A DNA stretch of 64,000 nt. Source: Takakia lepidozioides (taxonomy: Eukaryota > Plantae > Bryophyta). Numbering within the stretch: the stretch's first letter is position 1; every line of letters begins with the position of its first letter. The notes beneath the pieces were generated by a model. It was given only the letters and a program-made list of their open reading frames with translations. It made no database searches and was not told the origin of the DNA. Below, in pieces: positions 36,960-56,420 of this stretch. The position numbers were made by a program, and so were the translations under genes. The stretch spans positions 32,426,001-32,490,000 of the forward strand of contig CM060731.1 in NCBI GenBank assembly GCA_030704615.1, read 5' to 3'.

Positions 36960-38160
36960 CACCCCAAAAGATGAAGGCAACATAGGATATTGGACTCAAA
37001 CTTGTCCCAAGCCATGACCTTCATAATGATTGGATAAGCAAAGAATAGAGAAAGAATATCTCGATTTATTGCCAATAACAATGGGTATTTGGCAAAAACA
37101 ATTATGCCCATGAGCAGACAAACCTCTACAAATGCTAGCAGCTCAAGGATAGCAAGGGGCTTCCTGGCATGCCCACCCCTAGTCTCAAACTTCATTGTCT
37201 CTGTTGCATACACATTGCTCTTTCTACAAATTTGGACTAGTACATGTTGCCTCTAAAACAATTGAAAAAAAGACAGGGTTATGGAATCAGACATGTGAGG
37301 CAGAGTTGGCTCAGGTGTAGAGCTAGCAAATTCACTTTGATTGTTGGAAATATGGTATCCAGAGAACCCCAAGTTTTTGGACCAAACCGTGTATCGAAAG
37401 ATGGTATATTCTCGACAGGTAAGGGCTCTATGTCAATGTTACATGTTTCCCAGTCATCCTCGCAAAACAGAATCACCCTCATACTCTTCTATGGGATCGA
37501 CATCATCCCCCTCATTCACATTAATATCAAATTCAAAGGTAGGGAACTCCTGAACAAGCTTTGAGAATTCGGCACATATAGTGGACAACAAATGCCTCAC
37601 ACCCACTAGATCCCATAAACATCTTCACAAATCCAGACAAGTTGTCATAGGTTTCTAGAACACATCCAACCACCCAGTCAATCTCGATCTCTCTCACATT
37701 ATTTTCTTCTGTGGGTTCATGAAGGCATGCCAAATGCATATTTACTCTCCACTCCAATGTGACAATTTGTCTAGGCACTTGAGACAGTAACTGAGAAGTC
37801 TTCTTACAGATTCTTTTGGATCTTGGGGAGACCATTGGCCGAACTCCCCTTGGACCCAGATGAATGGTCCTGGAATTTCCCCAGAGGGCCTCCCTCTCCC
37901 AACTAGTGTGGAATGCCACGAAGACTCTTTGTACTAAATCTTGATCCCCAAAATTGAGATAGTGTGGGCTGCAGTTCTTTCAAAGGGGACCTACAGAGAT
38001 TTGGAGAAACAAAAGCAACAAGCAGATTGTTACGCACCTCACCCGAAACCCACTGGCCCATCACATTTTTTCCACAGAAGGGCCCTCGGACTCGGAGACC
38101 TCTTTGCACGAGCTGGTTGAAACTTGAGAGTTGACATCAGGCCACATGGTTTTCCTTACA
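36960..38160 (-). mobile_element. Degenerate L1-type LINE fragment
   Basis: Broken minus-strand ORFs with L1-like post-RT motifs (VAWDK-like KVMAWDKF; W-rich C-terminal stretches). Confidence 0.4.
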
Positions 38161-40882
38161 AGGAATTGACTTCATCATGTCTGAAACCCTGAGGATCATC
38201 CTCCTTTCTTCACGCTGTCCAATCCAAAACCAGGTCTTTCTTACCAAAAAAAAATGCCAGATGTGTGGCTTCGGGTGTAACTTGGCCAAATGCAAAGCAC
38301 GAGGTGGAGGTGACAAGGCGAGCAAATGCCACTTAGATAGGCAACCAACATTTTTCCTCATCTGCAGTGAGGAGGTCGCGTGCTGCTCTACTAATTCCGC
38401 CCAACGAATTAGAATTTTCACCGCATGGATAATCGAGTTTGGCAACGTTTCCGAAATTATTTCTTTGACCAATCAATTCAAATTAGAATCTTTCCAATTT
38501 CATTTTCGACAATGTTCTGTCCATGCGCGTTTCTTCCGGCACTTTCTCCGAACAAGCCTCTTTGCTCCCGCAAGAGTATCGCTCAATACCAATAGACGAA
38601 GCAATGTCTAGATTTTTATTTTTATTTTTATTTTTATTCCTGAACTTGCTCTTCAATTTGCAAATTGTTCGTTCTTCAAGTTAAATTAACGACGAATGGG
38701 ATCAGCAGCATCGGTGGGATGTTCTTCTTTTGGGGTGGGCATACCTGAGCAGCTGCTTCACTCGTTCCTTCCCGCGGGGAGCGACGTGGCGAAGGGAAGG
38801 GGCTGTGTGGAAACTAAAAAAGAGTTCGTACATTTAGTCAAGGTGTGTTGGAGGTGGTGGGGGCTCGAGCACCTCTGTTGCCTTCCACTTAGGTTCCATG
38901 AATACCCATGTAAGAGAAAGTGGAAAACTGAAGTAATTAAAATATATTTTCATCGTGAATAGAGGTTCCAATGAGAGAGATAAAAGACTCCAGCCAAAAG
39001 TTAAAACCACTTTAACTAATAGCCATTTCACTTTATGTTTATTGATCTAGCATTTACACTAGCTCGATCCATCACAATATGGTGATAGATAGCACATTAA
39101 TGTGAAGTAGGAGCCCACCTCCATTCATCACTCATGAAATGTAAAAGAGATAAATAAACCCCACATGTGGTATGATACTTGGTCATCTTAATGCAATCAA
39201 AATACATATCCCCACCCCCCCCAACCTTCAAATGCTATGCTGAAATTGGATATATATCATCCAAAATAATGTCCTCTTTGTCAATAAAAGTTATGTGCAA
39301 GCTAGCAATTTTAAAATCTAATTACATGTTTGATGATCAATGAAGAACATACTAATCCATGACATGGTTATAATATTTTCTTTTACATAGTGAAGAGTAC
39401 TAGTCCAAATTGAGACATATTAATGCATTTTTTTCATAAATATATAATCGTAAGCATAAGATTATCATGTCATATATGAAACATAAACATAATCACGGGG
39501 TGATTTTTCCAGTGTAAGCTTTCATGGCCCTATTGGTGGTTATTTTTTTCACCTCATTTCTGGGCTCTGTTCTCCGTTTCTCCCCCTCACCCCCTCATAA
39601 AAACATAACAAGTCAAGACATAGTAGATATGACTTTAATATCCAAAGTTTTTGATACCTTCGTTTGAAGCTATTAGATGCAAATTATTCGACATATGTTT
39701 CTTTGAGTCACACGCGAAATGTTGGTAGACAAGTTTTTATTGTGACAAAAATCAGACATCGACCTTACATAAAGATGGTCTACTCAACATATATTAATAA
39801 ATTGGTCTAGCTCCTAAATTTTCATATTCATGTAAGAAAACATAGCCTAGTCGTTTATGTGATATATTCATGCTATCTATAATCTCACATAGAGTATCAT
39901 ATTTATACATGAAAAAAAAACTTGACTAATTATACTATATAGTAATTACCCCCCCCCAAAAAAATAAAAATGTAGTAGTGAATTCTTAATGTTTAACTAG
40001 ACCTCCATGCCTGCTCCAAACTTGATTTCCCTCCGACTCCGATTTGCTTGCAATTGTGCAACTCATAGTGCTTTCTTGCCTTGGCGATGTTGGACTTTGC
40101 AAGCAATAACAAACACTTTGTTCTTCCAACACTGCCATTGCCGGTGGAACCTTCTCACCATCTTCATCAGCCCCATCCTTTCTTCATCTTGATATATTTG
40201 TTCCACACCTCGTCTTGGCTTAGATTACTGCAGAACACCAAAAACCACCTCTAAATTCTGGGTTCGTGTCCCCGTTGGGCTCACGTATTATTTCCGGGAT
40301 ATATAATGGGCTCCCATGTGCTTTGCCAAGCCCGGCCCGTCGGGAGAGAAGTAAACGGAGAAGAGAATCAATCATCTCTTTTCTGGCCAGTGACCGTAGC
40401 AAATTAAGCATTGTTCGGGAAGATGAAAGCGGGGCCAAAACCTCTCCTCGCTTTACTCAGAGAACAACGAGCAAAAAAAATATAGATTTTTATTGCTCAC
40501 TACCTGCTTCAACCATACTATCTGCGGAGCTTATGGCCATCTTTGAAGCAATCTCCAGCTAACCTCATCCCCCCCCACCCAAATACTATATTTTCATGCA
40601 ATATATCGAACTGATATTATGTCAGCATGACAACAACTCTAAGGGTAATGTTGCTAACGTTCTTACCAGAGAGGGTACATAACCATTCCTTGGCTGTAGC
40701 ATCCCCTTAAAGACATAGTCTAGTATAAGTTTTACCTCCTGGAACTTGAAGTTAAGACAATTTGAGTAATAGGGGAAAAGAGGTTGTTTGAAGAAAAAAC
40801 ATGCCACATTGCTACTGTTCCCTCTAACTCCACAAAGATTTGACAAGTAGCTGTGGCCAGAAAGTGGGGAGAGGCTACCATA

Positions 40883-41347
40883 CTATGGACCATGTCCAGT
40901 TTTAGAGCACCATGCGGCTAGATGTTTAGTTTTACCATCTGATGGATCAACGTAGGAATCTGTACAAAGTATACAGAGATTTCCAATCTCAAGTAGATCG
41001 ATTGTATATTGATGAGTGCCACACTGTATTTTACTAGATGACTTGGAGCTCCAAAGCAGTTGACTTGCCTCATTATAAACCACAAGGTTTCCATCGTCTT
41101 GCGCAATCATGAAACAATTGAAACCGTGCCCACTAGTGTCCGTGGCCCACATGGGTTTCATGTCGCCATGGTGAATGTAATACAACACCAAATTACAATC
41201 ATCTTGCATGTACAATTTATAGTTTCCGCTAAAAATTGCATATCCCGATTGCATGATCCAGTATCCATTCACTGGACGCATAAAAAGTAATGTCATAACT
41301 ATTAGAATCATCCCCATGACTTTGCTCATACCAACAAGAGTCTCCAT
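40883..41347 (-). CDS. Secreted bulb-type (GNA/curculin-like) mannose-binding lectin
   Basis: 154-aa intronless ORF with a hydrophobic signal peptide, QxDxNxVxY sites MQDDCNLVLY and AQDDGNLVVY, PMWATDT motif and a degenerate third site; TATAAAT on the minus strand about 130 bp upstream. Confidence 0.85.
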   Translation of the reverse strand: METLVGMSKVMGMILIVMTLLFMRPVNGYWIMQSGYAIFSGNYKLYMQDDCNLVLYYIHHGDMKPMWATDTSGHGFNCFMIAQDDGNLVVYNEASQLLWSSKSSSKIQCGTHQYTIDLLEIGNLCILCTDSYVDPSDGKTKHLAAWCSKTGHGP

Positions 41348-42117
41348 ATTTTAAAGTGCTAGAAAGATATAATCTAACATCCACTAGTCGAGGTCCAATG
41401 AACATATGATTGTAGAACTACGAACTAAGAGCAAACCACTTTTGAGTCTTCACAAGGTCTCACAATGCTTATGATATTTATACTTGAATTCCATTCTCAA
41501 TCCTAGTTTTCTAGTATAATCTAGACAACAATACATGATATAATAATAAATATAATAATATTTATTATCATATTAATTTTAGAAGACTCAAATAATAATA
41601 GTATAGTAGACAAAAAGGTCAAGAACATTGGTATGGCCAAGAAATGTATTAGTTGCGTTGATCGCTCTACACATAGTGAGCATACTAAAATTGGAGGGTC
41701 TATCTAATTTTGACATCTCCAACAACTTTGGTAGTTTTGGCTATCCAGCTAGCCTGAGACACTTACATGTCGTATCTGTTGAGTCAATGCCAACATCCTA
41801 CTGTACATTACATCCGCATCATGTGATACAACCAAACCAAATGGCATATAGACAAACTTAATAGATCCTAGGCCTAAATGGAACAATGTCAATGTAAACT
41901 AATGAAACAGTATAGGATGACGACCAGTCTATTAATCTGCCATTTGCACTCGTCTATGATGATAGAGCACATGATGTCATATTATCTTATGTGACATATT
42001 TTTTTAATTCTAGTATAGAGCATTTGTATAGTATAGATGTCATAGAACATACATAGTTTTATATTTCCTCTATCAGTCATTCTTCATTGTTAGCGTTGAG
42101 TCTTGCATGCAACATGT

Positions 42118-42475
42118 CTAACATGCTATATTCACAGCCCTCGTTATGCATCTCAACTTTAATTTACCTAAACCCAAATCTCTACAGTTAACCCCCTCTA
42201 TGTCAAGGATATGTGATGTCCTAAAAATATATATATCTAAAATTAAACCATCTTGTATATTTATTGCAACACTGGTATACCCAAAACGAGGAATATACAA
42301 CAACATCAAATCTAGAAAAAAAACTGAAAATTGATACTGAACTCACTCCGTACTACTCATACTCGCTTTGTACAGGTTTTATAAAGGTTGCACATCTATT
42401 ATAATGTTGAAAGATAGGGAAGAAAATTGCGGTCGTCAACAATCTCCATTTCATCATCTTTCCCACGCCACTCAT
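42118..42475 (-). pseudogene. Possible decayed paralog of the adjacent lectin
   Basis: Similar N-terminus (MSGVGKMMKWRLLTTAIFF) and remnants FDVVVY and NIQDGLILDIY across frames. Confidence 0.3.
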
Positions 42476-45131
42476 ATTTGTTTTTACATAGATGCTGTGT
42501 AGGTTTGCATGTTTGTGGTGCTCGACATTGGTGGATAGCATAGATCTCAATTTTAACTAATTCCATACTTTTGGCTTAAATTCGGAAAAAGTTTAATATA
42601 ATTTTTATTTAAATAAAATAAAATAATAGAAATATTATAAAATAATGAATCAATCAACTTTGTGAAATTGCATAACTCAATTCATAAAAATTAAAAAACA
42701 AATCGTAAAACGCCAACATCAAAGTCGAATGACATACATTGGATAATAAAATGGTAGATATAACATAGAATGAGATAACTTCTTAACAATTACAAATTTA
42801 ACATCCCAGCCATTAAGGTATATAAGTTAACCACTGCGGGAATTGTTTTTGAATGAGCTTCAAACATCAGAATGAGGTTTTAGGATATAGGCTTAAGATA
42901 AGCAAAAGTATCAGTGACAAACAAATATGGAAGAGCGTTTAGGGCCAATGAAAACTTTCAATTAAGTATCCCAACCACTCTATAAAGCGTATCCCAAGGG
43001 TGGATTTTTTTTTTTTGGAATGTCATTGAGCTTTAATCATAGATATGAGGTTTTAAGGTATAAGATTTATGATAAGCACAACTATCAATTGGAAAATAAT
43101 AATGGAAGAGTATATGCAACCTGTCAAATTTTTCAATCAAATATCCCAACCAATATATCGTACCTTGTGACACTCCATATTACTCGCGTAACTTTATTCC
43201 TTAAGTAATTACTGTTGGGATAAAGAAAGCCGCTTATTAGCTGGCATGTCTACATTTGGATTCAGATTTGTCTTCCTTCAATAGTTAAATTTATAATGTG
43301 AAAATTAACCTACGTGGTGGTTTATTTGTCTCAGTACTTGGGTAGATTTTGGACGGCCTATGTGTGGTGACCACATGGACGTTCTGTTTAGAGTTAATCT
43401 TACATTTTAACGTGGGGGCTTGGGCTAAATTCGTGGCACGCATACTTTGGTATTGATTCTGGTGTACCCGTGTGGATGAGCTGTATTGTGATTGTCAGCT
43501 GTTTCTGAGCAATGGATGGGGTTAGTTAAGAAGATGCTAGGCTTGAGGTCAAAGTCATGCAGTCAGAGTGCATTTTGGCATTTCTAATTTTATCCTAGAA
43601 ATAAATAGAAGAATTGGGAGAGAGTTGGTGGTCCCAATTTTATCCCATAAAATAATAAATAAAGAAACCGTGACTGTTAGAGCTAGAGTTGATACTCCAC
43701 GTGGCTGCTAGCTTGTGAGGTTGAGTTTTCCATGAGCAGAGGCATATTTTTAGATTCTGATTCAGGGATATTCTCACAAATATCCGAGGAATATTTTGTC
43801 GAACCTACTACCGAACCTATGGCACTGTTCGGCGCCAAACAGTGCGGGCACCTATGTTTTTGAAATTTATTTATTTATTTATTTATTTTCATTTTTTTTA
43901 AAAAAAGTGTATGAAATGGGGTTCGGCGCCGAACCTTCAATCTTTGAGGGGTTATATGCAATAAAAATCTCAAAATGGGCATAGTCCATAATCCGAACCT
44001 ATCCCGAACCTCAAACCTATCCCAAACCTAGAAGTGGTTCAGCAAACAGGGCAACAACATGCTTCTTCGTTGTTCCATACCACACAACAATCGACACATA
44101 TTCTTGCCATATACGAGGTTGCCGTCCATCCGCCATCCGCCATCTGCTATTTTCTACATCTTTACCCAAATGAAGAGTTTGTTCCCCCCCCCAAGATCCT
44201 TGGTTACCTCACAGGTGTTGACGTCGTTGGCTGATCCCTGCAAACTGCTAAGTTGAATTTCGGAACAGAGCAACCCACTGTAGCATATTGGTTCTGGTTC
44301 ATGGTGGACTGACTTTCCTCTTGACTCGGATTTCCATACTTGCACTAGGGACTGACTCGTGGGTTGAGACTGAAGCAACAAGCTTTTTGACATGTTCTCT
44401 CCCTTGCAGCTTGTTTGATCCCCTTGGACCTCACAAATTTCCACCTAGCTTGGTCCATGGCCTAGACCCCGGGCAGCGCCCCAGGCCAGCCCAAAACTAT
44501 GATTTTTATGGCGTCCCGCGATACGGCCTTTTTGCTATTCCCTATTCCAGTACCGAGGCCCTGTAATACGAGCCCCGGGATTACAGGGCCGAGGTGCTGG
44601 AAGCCCCGCGGGATAATGCCCGCGCTGCCCGCGCTCGCTACCGCGTGGGCAGCCTAACTCTGAAATTCTCCCAAGGTAGGTAGGCGTCTAAGGCTACATG
44701 TAGACTATACACGTTCCGCTCCCTCTCACACCGTATATTTATTACTGATCCATCCTTTCCTCCCGAAGTGTGAATGAAGGTACAAAGGAAGCAGAGGCTC
44801 TGGACACCTCATAAAGAGCAAAGCCGTCTGTCCCTACCACCCTCCTTATTATCGTTCCCTTGCCTCGGCAGGCTGCCTGTCATCACCACCTTCTCTCTCT
44901 CTTCCAAGTGCAACCTATTCTGCTCCTTCTCAACACACTGTCTCTCTCATTCCTCCCGCCCAATTGTTTATGAAACAGCTACAGTAACCTTTTAGCTTGA
45001 TCACTTCAAGCGCAGTATGCGCATGTCTAGTAGGTGCATGTTCTCCTAGCTCTCATGTTCAATCGCACATAGCCTTCCTGCCGAGAGAGGCCTCACCTGG
45101 TCCTCTCTCTCCATCCGTCTCTTGTCTCACA

Positions 45132-50284
<5,153 letters not shown>

Positions 50285-51869
50285 ACCACTTTCAATCGTC
50301 TGCTCAACTCTTGAGATGTTCTTGGAAAAGAGAGTAAGCCTTGGAGTACACTGGAGGAACGGGCCACATGTCGACCCCATGTAAACGTCTTAAACATTGA
50401 CAAAGAAGTGTGGAGAGCATTAGCCCGACATCCCAACAAATCCGATTGTCTTTTGAGAGCTAGGCGGATGGAGCCACAGACACAAACAGTTCATGGCACG
50501 CCAAGATATCTCGGTCCACTTGATGTTTTCGACATTCTTGAGTACAAACAAATTGAAACTCATGGCATGCAAGACTGCCAGGAGATGGTGGAAATATGAG
50601 AAACTTCTAAGTTACAACGGAAACAAATAAAATTTCGTGACTAAACCTCATCAAATTATAGGAAAATGTGCTTCACTTCCTAGGCCATACAATGCAGCTG
50701 ACCCCTGTCATCTCTCATCTCATTTTTTACTTCACCTCAATTACACATTTGCAGTTTACATTGTGAGCCCTCTCCACTGTCCAATAATGGCAAAAAGCAC
50801 CCGCAAACAACCCAGACAGGCACTTTTCTTTAAAACATCATTGTGATGGGGCTAACTTGATGCCACAAAGATAGTGACAAATAAATTTGAGCACTGGTGC
50901 TGAGGGCACTGGCAAACAACTTTTCCTAGATTCTATTTTTATAACAGGGAAACATCCAGAAGCAGTGACAGCTCAAAAATCAGGCTCTTAACAGTGAGAG
51001 GAGAAAATAACCAGTGTTGGGCAGTTCTTAGATTTATGGTTTGTAAGGGGCAGCTCTTTGAAAGTGGGGGTCTGCTGGAGCTCCACCAATGCTGGGGTTT
51101 GGAAACTCCCATTTTATTTACCTTTCCAGTTCCAATAAGTTTCAAATTCTTCAGCTTGGATGTTGTCGGTTCTTGTTGGTTTGAGCATCTCTGCAAAAGA
51201 TAGGTAAACATACAAGCCAAGCAAAACATGCAGTGAGGTCAAAAAACGATTATTGTTTAAAGGGCTCAAGCAGAGCGTGCCTGAGAGCAGCCAATGGCGA
51301 GCTCGCGATGGGGTGGGATTCGGGGTTTTCTTTTGGTAGTAAGTGTGCAGGTGGTTGTAATAATTTGGGGTCTGCTAAAGATGGTCCGCTAACGCTGGTC
51401 ATTGGGTCCGAAGTCCAGTAACTGCACAGATGGGCCCACTTCACTTCACCTTGGATAAATGTTAACAGCGGGAATAGAAAAAAAAAAAAATCGTCTAAGT
51501 GAACACTTTTTTTTTTTGTTTTTTTGTTTTTTTGAAGAGAACAGGGGAGTGGCCCTGGATACTTGAATGATTATTGAAGGGAAACGCACTAAAGGACGAG
51601 CTAACTTTTGGGAGTTTTCCCAAAAAGTGGGCCATACCCTCCATTGCTGAGCTGTAACTTCCTACCCCCTTACATCCAGCTGGATGAACCGTTCCATTTC
51701 ATCCCTACCTACTACATGAAGGTCCTCATAGAATTGTAGCACTTTTGACCCTTCCATTTAGTAGATTATAAAAAGAAAATTGAACAAGTTGAAACCATGA
51801 AACAAAAAAGAGAGAAAAAATTGCTTTGACCATGCAAGTTTGGTGATTTTACATTTTTTCTTGAAGAAA

Positions 51870-52392
51870 TGGCCTCCAGAATTCGGATAAGGGGCAACCA
51901 ACAGGTCATCTCCCAGAATCTCAGACCAAAATGCCAAAAATATGGGGGGGCTGCTTTGTATGTGAAATCTGGGGGGTAAGAAAATCTTGTTTTGGCTTCT
52001 TTCCCAAGTACACCCATGACGTGACATTTGTTTTCCAATTCCTCTGGTAAGTAAGTGCATAGTAACATTTCATGGTGGCTTGTCCAAATTTTTTGGCATT
52101 ATGATAAATTTTCAACCCTAGATGTTATCTTGAAGATTGCCCATTTGGTTGCCACGTAGGCAGGTCAATGGTGCTCTAACACTGGATTTCATGAAACCTT
52201 GGCATTTTGCAAAATTCTAGGGAGTAGAGCTTTTATGATTTTTTGGCGCTGTAAATTCCCACGTGTGCTCCTCTCTGACATGTACAATTCATCTTCAATG
52301 TTCACTTCCATCCAATATCATCTATGGGAATTGGAGCGTGGCAAGTAATCTGACGCGACCAGAATCGGGTCGTGTCATCCTTTAGGGATTAA
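51870..52392. mobile_element. Non-autonomous DNA transposon fragment with a piggyBac-like terminus (copy 2)
   Basis: Colinear with 11281-11706; ends TGACGCGACCAGAATCGGGTCGTGTCATCCTTTAGGGATTAA. Confidence 0.55.
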
Positions 52393-53074
52393 CATTTACA
52401 AGATGTAATATTTTTTATAAACAAAATTATAAAATTAACACTTATGAAATAAAGTGTATGGAATCATAAAATGATAGAGTGGAAATATGAATCGATTGTG
52501 GTCTGACGAGCTTCTCTAAGCTGCATTTCATCAAGTTCTCTCTATCTGTGCATCTCATGGTTGAAATGGTTTTCACAACGTCATAAGTCAAAAAATAAAA
52601 TAATCAACCTCCATAATCTCAAACATCTCAAGTTATGGAAGCTGAACATACTCCTATTGTATAGTATTAGCTTCTGATCACATTAGTACTATCTTTTGAT
52701 TACCTTATGATCCTCTGATTGGTTATGTTTTGGGATGTAATCTTATCTCAAGATGTATAGTTGGATCATATCTCATGTTATTAGGTGAAGCCTTTAACAT
52801 ATTTCTTACGGGCAAATTAATGACGAGGGGAGTAACATTTGTTAGCAAATAACACTTCACATTTGCTACTGTACACATGTAGGGGAGTAGAGTTTTCTTG
52901 ACAGTTATGATAGTTGAACATTTTATAGAGGTAACATTTATCAATGTGGATTGTATGCCCAGGTTCTCAATCGGGTGCCCTCTCAAGGTTCCTAAGGGCG
53001 GCGGGTCCGAGCCCTCCATGGATCATGTGATTCCAAAGGCTTGGAACGTGGCTTTTCCAGGAAATTAAACACTA

Positions 53075-53245
53075 AAAATAACCTCTTTCAAAGTATCCTC
53101 AACATTAGGCTCCAAGCACAAGGGACGCTCAATGCAGGTGTCCCAATGGAAGGGGGAGAAGAAGGAGAAGATCATATCCCACGCAACAAGGCAGCAGGAT
53201 TTGAACCCAGGTGCCACTCACTCTATTCAATTGAGCTATTGACTG
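53075..53245 (-). mobile_element. tRNA-derived SINE
   Basis: Minus strand has A-box-like TAGCTCAATTGA and B-box GGGTTCAAATCC; body homologous to 63210-63360. Confidence 0.55.
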
Positions 53246-54153
53246 GTGGTTTTTTAGATGGCAATACCTTATAAAATGTACTTGCCAATTTTTAGACTGT
53301 CATAAAACTTTGGGGATGATTATTTTAGTGACGACTGAAAGTCGGAAATTAGTTTTAGTGTAGAGCAGGAAAAAACTCAACTACCACTCCACCTTTCAGC
53401 TGCCCCCTTTTCATAATGATGAATGTTTTTCGAAGAAGAGCCTACCCGAAAAGGAGGCAGTCACCCTCTCAAATGAAGTGGCCCTTAGTTATGCGGAACA
53501 TGGCTGGACACTCTCATGCACATTGAACTGTATTATAACATAGCACAATTGGTTGTATAATGAAATTAGGACGTGATAATAGCCATTGTATTTCAGGTGG
53601 GATAAGAGCTAAAACCTCCATCCCACTGTACTTGTAGTAACCAGGGGGCTGGTTTTGTTTTGTTTGTTTTGTTTATTTTGTTGTTTATCAGACCTGGCCC
53701 TCCACCATAGCCCCCGTAGGGCGTGGGGGGTAGTGGTTTAGCCAGGGAAGTCAACTGCCCATAGCCGGGGGTAAGGCGCCCCCGTGCGGACCGAGACAGG
53801 AGTTGACTCTTGGAGTGCACACTGCACAGCAGGGAAGCGGGCCCAGCCCAAACACCCCACGTGTTGTATTATTTATTTATTTTGTGGATATAAGCCGATC
53901 TTGCATTTTAATGGGGGTCTCTCACCCTACACTATTTGATTTAATCTATACCTCCTTAAGGGGTTATTGTGTGCATGCTCCTTTGTCAGCGGTAGAAAAA
54001 TTCCGTGCTTGGAACTAGAGAGAGCCTGGGTGGAGGCGGTGCAGCCTAGCCAGAGAGGAGCAGGCGCGACCCAACCCACGGGGTTGAGCAGGAGAGGTAG
54101 AGGCAGCTAGAGAGGGGGGTGGATCAAAAGTACACGGCTATAGTGGCACAACG

Positions 54154-54830
54154 TGTCAGTCCCCGCGGAGAGGATGACCTAACGAGCTGGAAGCCCTTAA
54201 ATAGATATAGATAGGACGAAACAGTCTTTGGCCCCACCATAGGTTGTATTTGTGCCCCCAAGCGGGCATGATTTGAGGTTTCTTAAGACAGTTTCTGTAC
54301 ATCTGAGAAGGTGCGACCACGACGGGAACTTGCTCTCGGACTGGTCTTGACATTCTCGGATGTTCCCGAGGGGTTCCCGCAATCTGATAGGGCGATTTTA
54401 GCATCGTTGGTCTTCCCCCACGACATTCTTCTTGGGAGGTATTTTTTTCGGAATTTTAAATTTATAAATATTTTCCTAATTTTTTTGAGGAAAAAATTCC
54501 CATATAAGAATTAGGATTTTTGATTGAACTTTTTGAACTTATAAAAACTTGAGTGACCAAAGGGTGATTGATTGACCCTTTTGCTTTGCTTATTAACTTT
54601 CGTCAAGCTAAAGATAGGAAAGGGACAAATTAGCCGTTCTTAGGGAGAGCTTGGCTCAAGCCTCGGAGAAGAAGGGGCATTGGGAGAAGGAAGTGGAGTC
54701 CTCTCCTCTTGGATTCGGGAGGTGCTTTGTGAAGGGGTAAGATAGACCCCGGTTATAAGCGGCTTGGGAACCCAGGCAGTAGGTGTTAGTTATAGACTTG
54801 GAAGGCAATTACGTTCTAAACCTTAAATAC
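54154..54830 (+). mobile_element. Possible solo LTR remnant
   Basis: Begins TGTCAGTCCCC; LTR-like composition with a TATAA motif; no partner found in the window. Confidence 0.25.
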
Positions 54831-55035
54831 CAATAACATGCAAAATTTGACGAAAGTCCTCTCCAAACACTACAGTGAGGCCTCCAAAAAGTTGTAGCCT
54901 CCAAAAAGTCTGTTGTCATTGCGTATATTTCACAGTGTACGATCAACTGCATCCGGACAATGACGATGTTTCATAGGAACTTCATCCTAGATCATCAAGG
55001 AACAATCTCGGAGAAGATCCACTCCTTACGATGTT

Positions 55036-56420
55036 TTATCTATAGCACATTGAATCTTTATTGATCTGGATTGAAAATTTGAAAGTAGAATGTGTAGTTT
55101 GTCCATCATCAAGGAGAATAGCAGCAATACCAAAGGATGCAACACATATTACGATCTTGCCTTGTGCACAAAGTGCAAGGGTGATGGAGTTGTAAACAAA
55201 TGTTTTTCTTGTTCCGACCGGTCTTTCGATGAAAAAAATTGTACCACGATGTTCGGTCACTGATGTTCGGACTTCGTCATAAACAATAGATTGTTCAGCA
55301 TTAAGTTGGGTTGACGAGCCCTGAGCGCACGTAGTCAGGGCAATGACATACTAGCCTAGTGGGGTCGTGGTAAATTGCGGTGTAGGTTGGGCTCAAGGAA
55401 CCGCCTACCCGGCTGCGGTTAGTGCAAGGTTCGCGGACTGTATGGGGGCCTAAACTATCGTTTCTAATTTCCTACCGGCAAAGAGGAGCTCAAATGCTCC
55501 CCTCTATAGGACGATTTGCGTTTCCTAGTCCTAAATGGATCTAGAGGACAAATCGTAGAAGCCTCGCTTCGAAGGTCAATGTTGTGGCCCGGTATATGTA
55601 TATTAAGGTTAAGAGAAAACATGCGTTTGGCTCAAGAATCTTTGGAAAATTGGCAGTTCACGAGCTGGCTGCTACAAGTTGGGAGTGACACCATTCAAGT
55701 CGATGAGCATGACAACATTTCTCTTCCACAACCAATGGTGCATGGTCGACATATATAATCACTAATTGACTCCGTCTACAATGGTATTAGAGATATAAAA
55801 TTCATACAACGATGAATAATTCAAAGATTGAACCATATTATCAACTCGATATTGTTGACAATATCAACAATCATATAATTATTCACATGTTCCAAGGAGC
55901 TCACATTTCATAATGCAGATTCAGTACTTCTTGAGTTAGGAGCTGAAAATCTAATCTGTATCCTACAAAATATCTTAATTCTTTGGAGTTGCTAGGATTG
56001 CCACCTTCGAAGCTCAATCTTAAAGTTGGATGTCCAATCATGTTGTTGCGTAATATAGCTCCAAAACGTGGGCTTTGTAATGACTCACGACTCATAGTCA
56101 CACGTCTCAGTGATCCCGTCATTGAGGCACGCATTTTAACTGGTACACGTGCTAGAGAAACAACATTCATTCCCAGAGGAGATACCTTTTAAATTTAATC
56201 GAAGACAATTTCATGTGAAGATGGCTCTTGCTATGACAATCAACAAATCACATGGACAATATGTAAAACATGTAGGTCGAGATCTCCGAACACCCGTACT
56301 CTCTCATGGTCAATTATAGGTGGCACTCTCGGATCATATCAGCAAATTTGTTGACAATACTTCTCCCCGATCAAAATGTACCAAAAACAATGAATATTGT
56401 ATATACAAAAATATTAATAT
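55036..56420. mobile_element. Helitron RepHel PIF1 helicase remnants (N-terminal part on -, C-terminal part on +)
   Basis: Minus 55036-55310: LNAEQ..FFIERPVGTRKTF..VASFGIAAILLDDGQTTHSTFKF. Plus 55510-56420: [61 protein letters not shown]. Confidence 0.88.

Noticed and set aside
43790-44660. CCGAACCT-rich and GC-rich inverted-repeat patches upstream of SCPL as defined MITEs
   Set aside because: They are probably transposon-derived, but termini and target-site duplications could not be established by eye.
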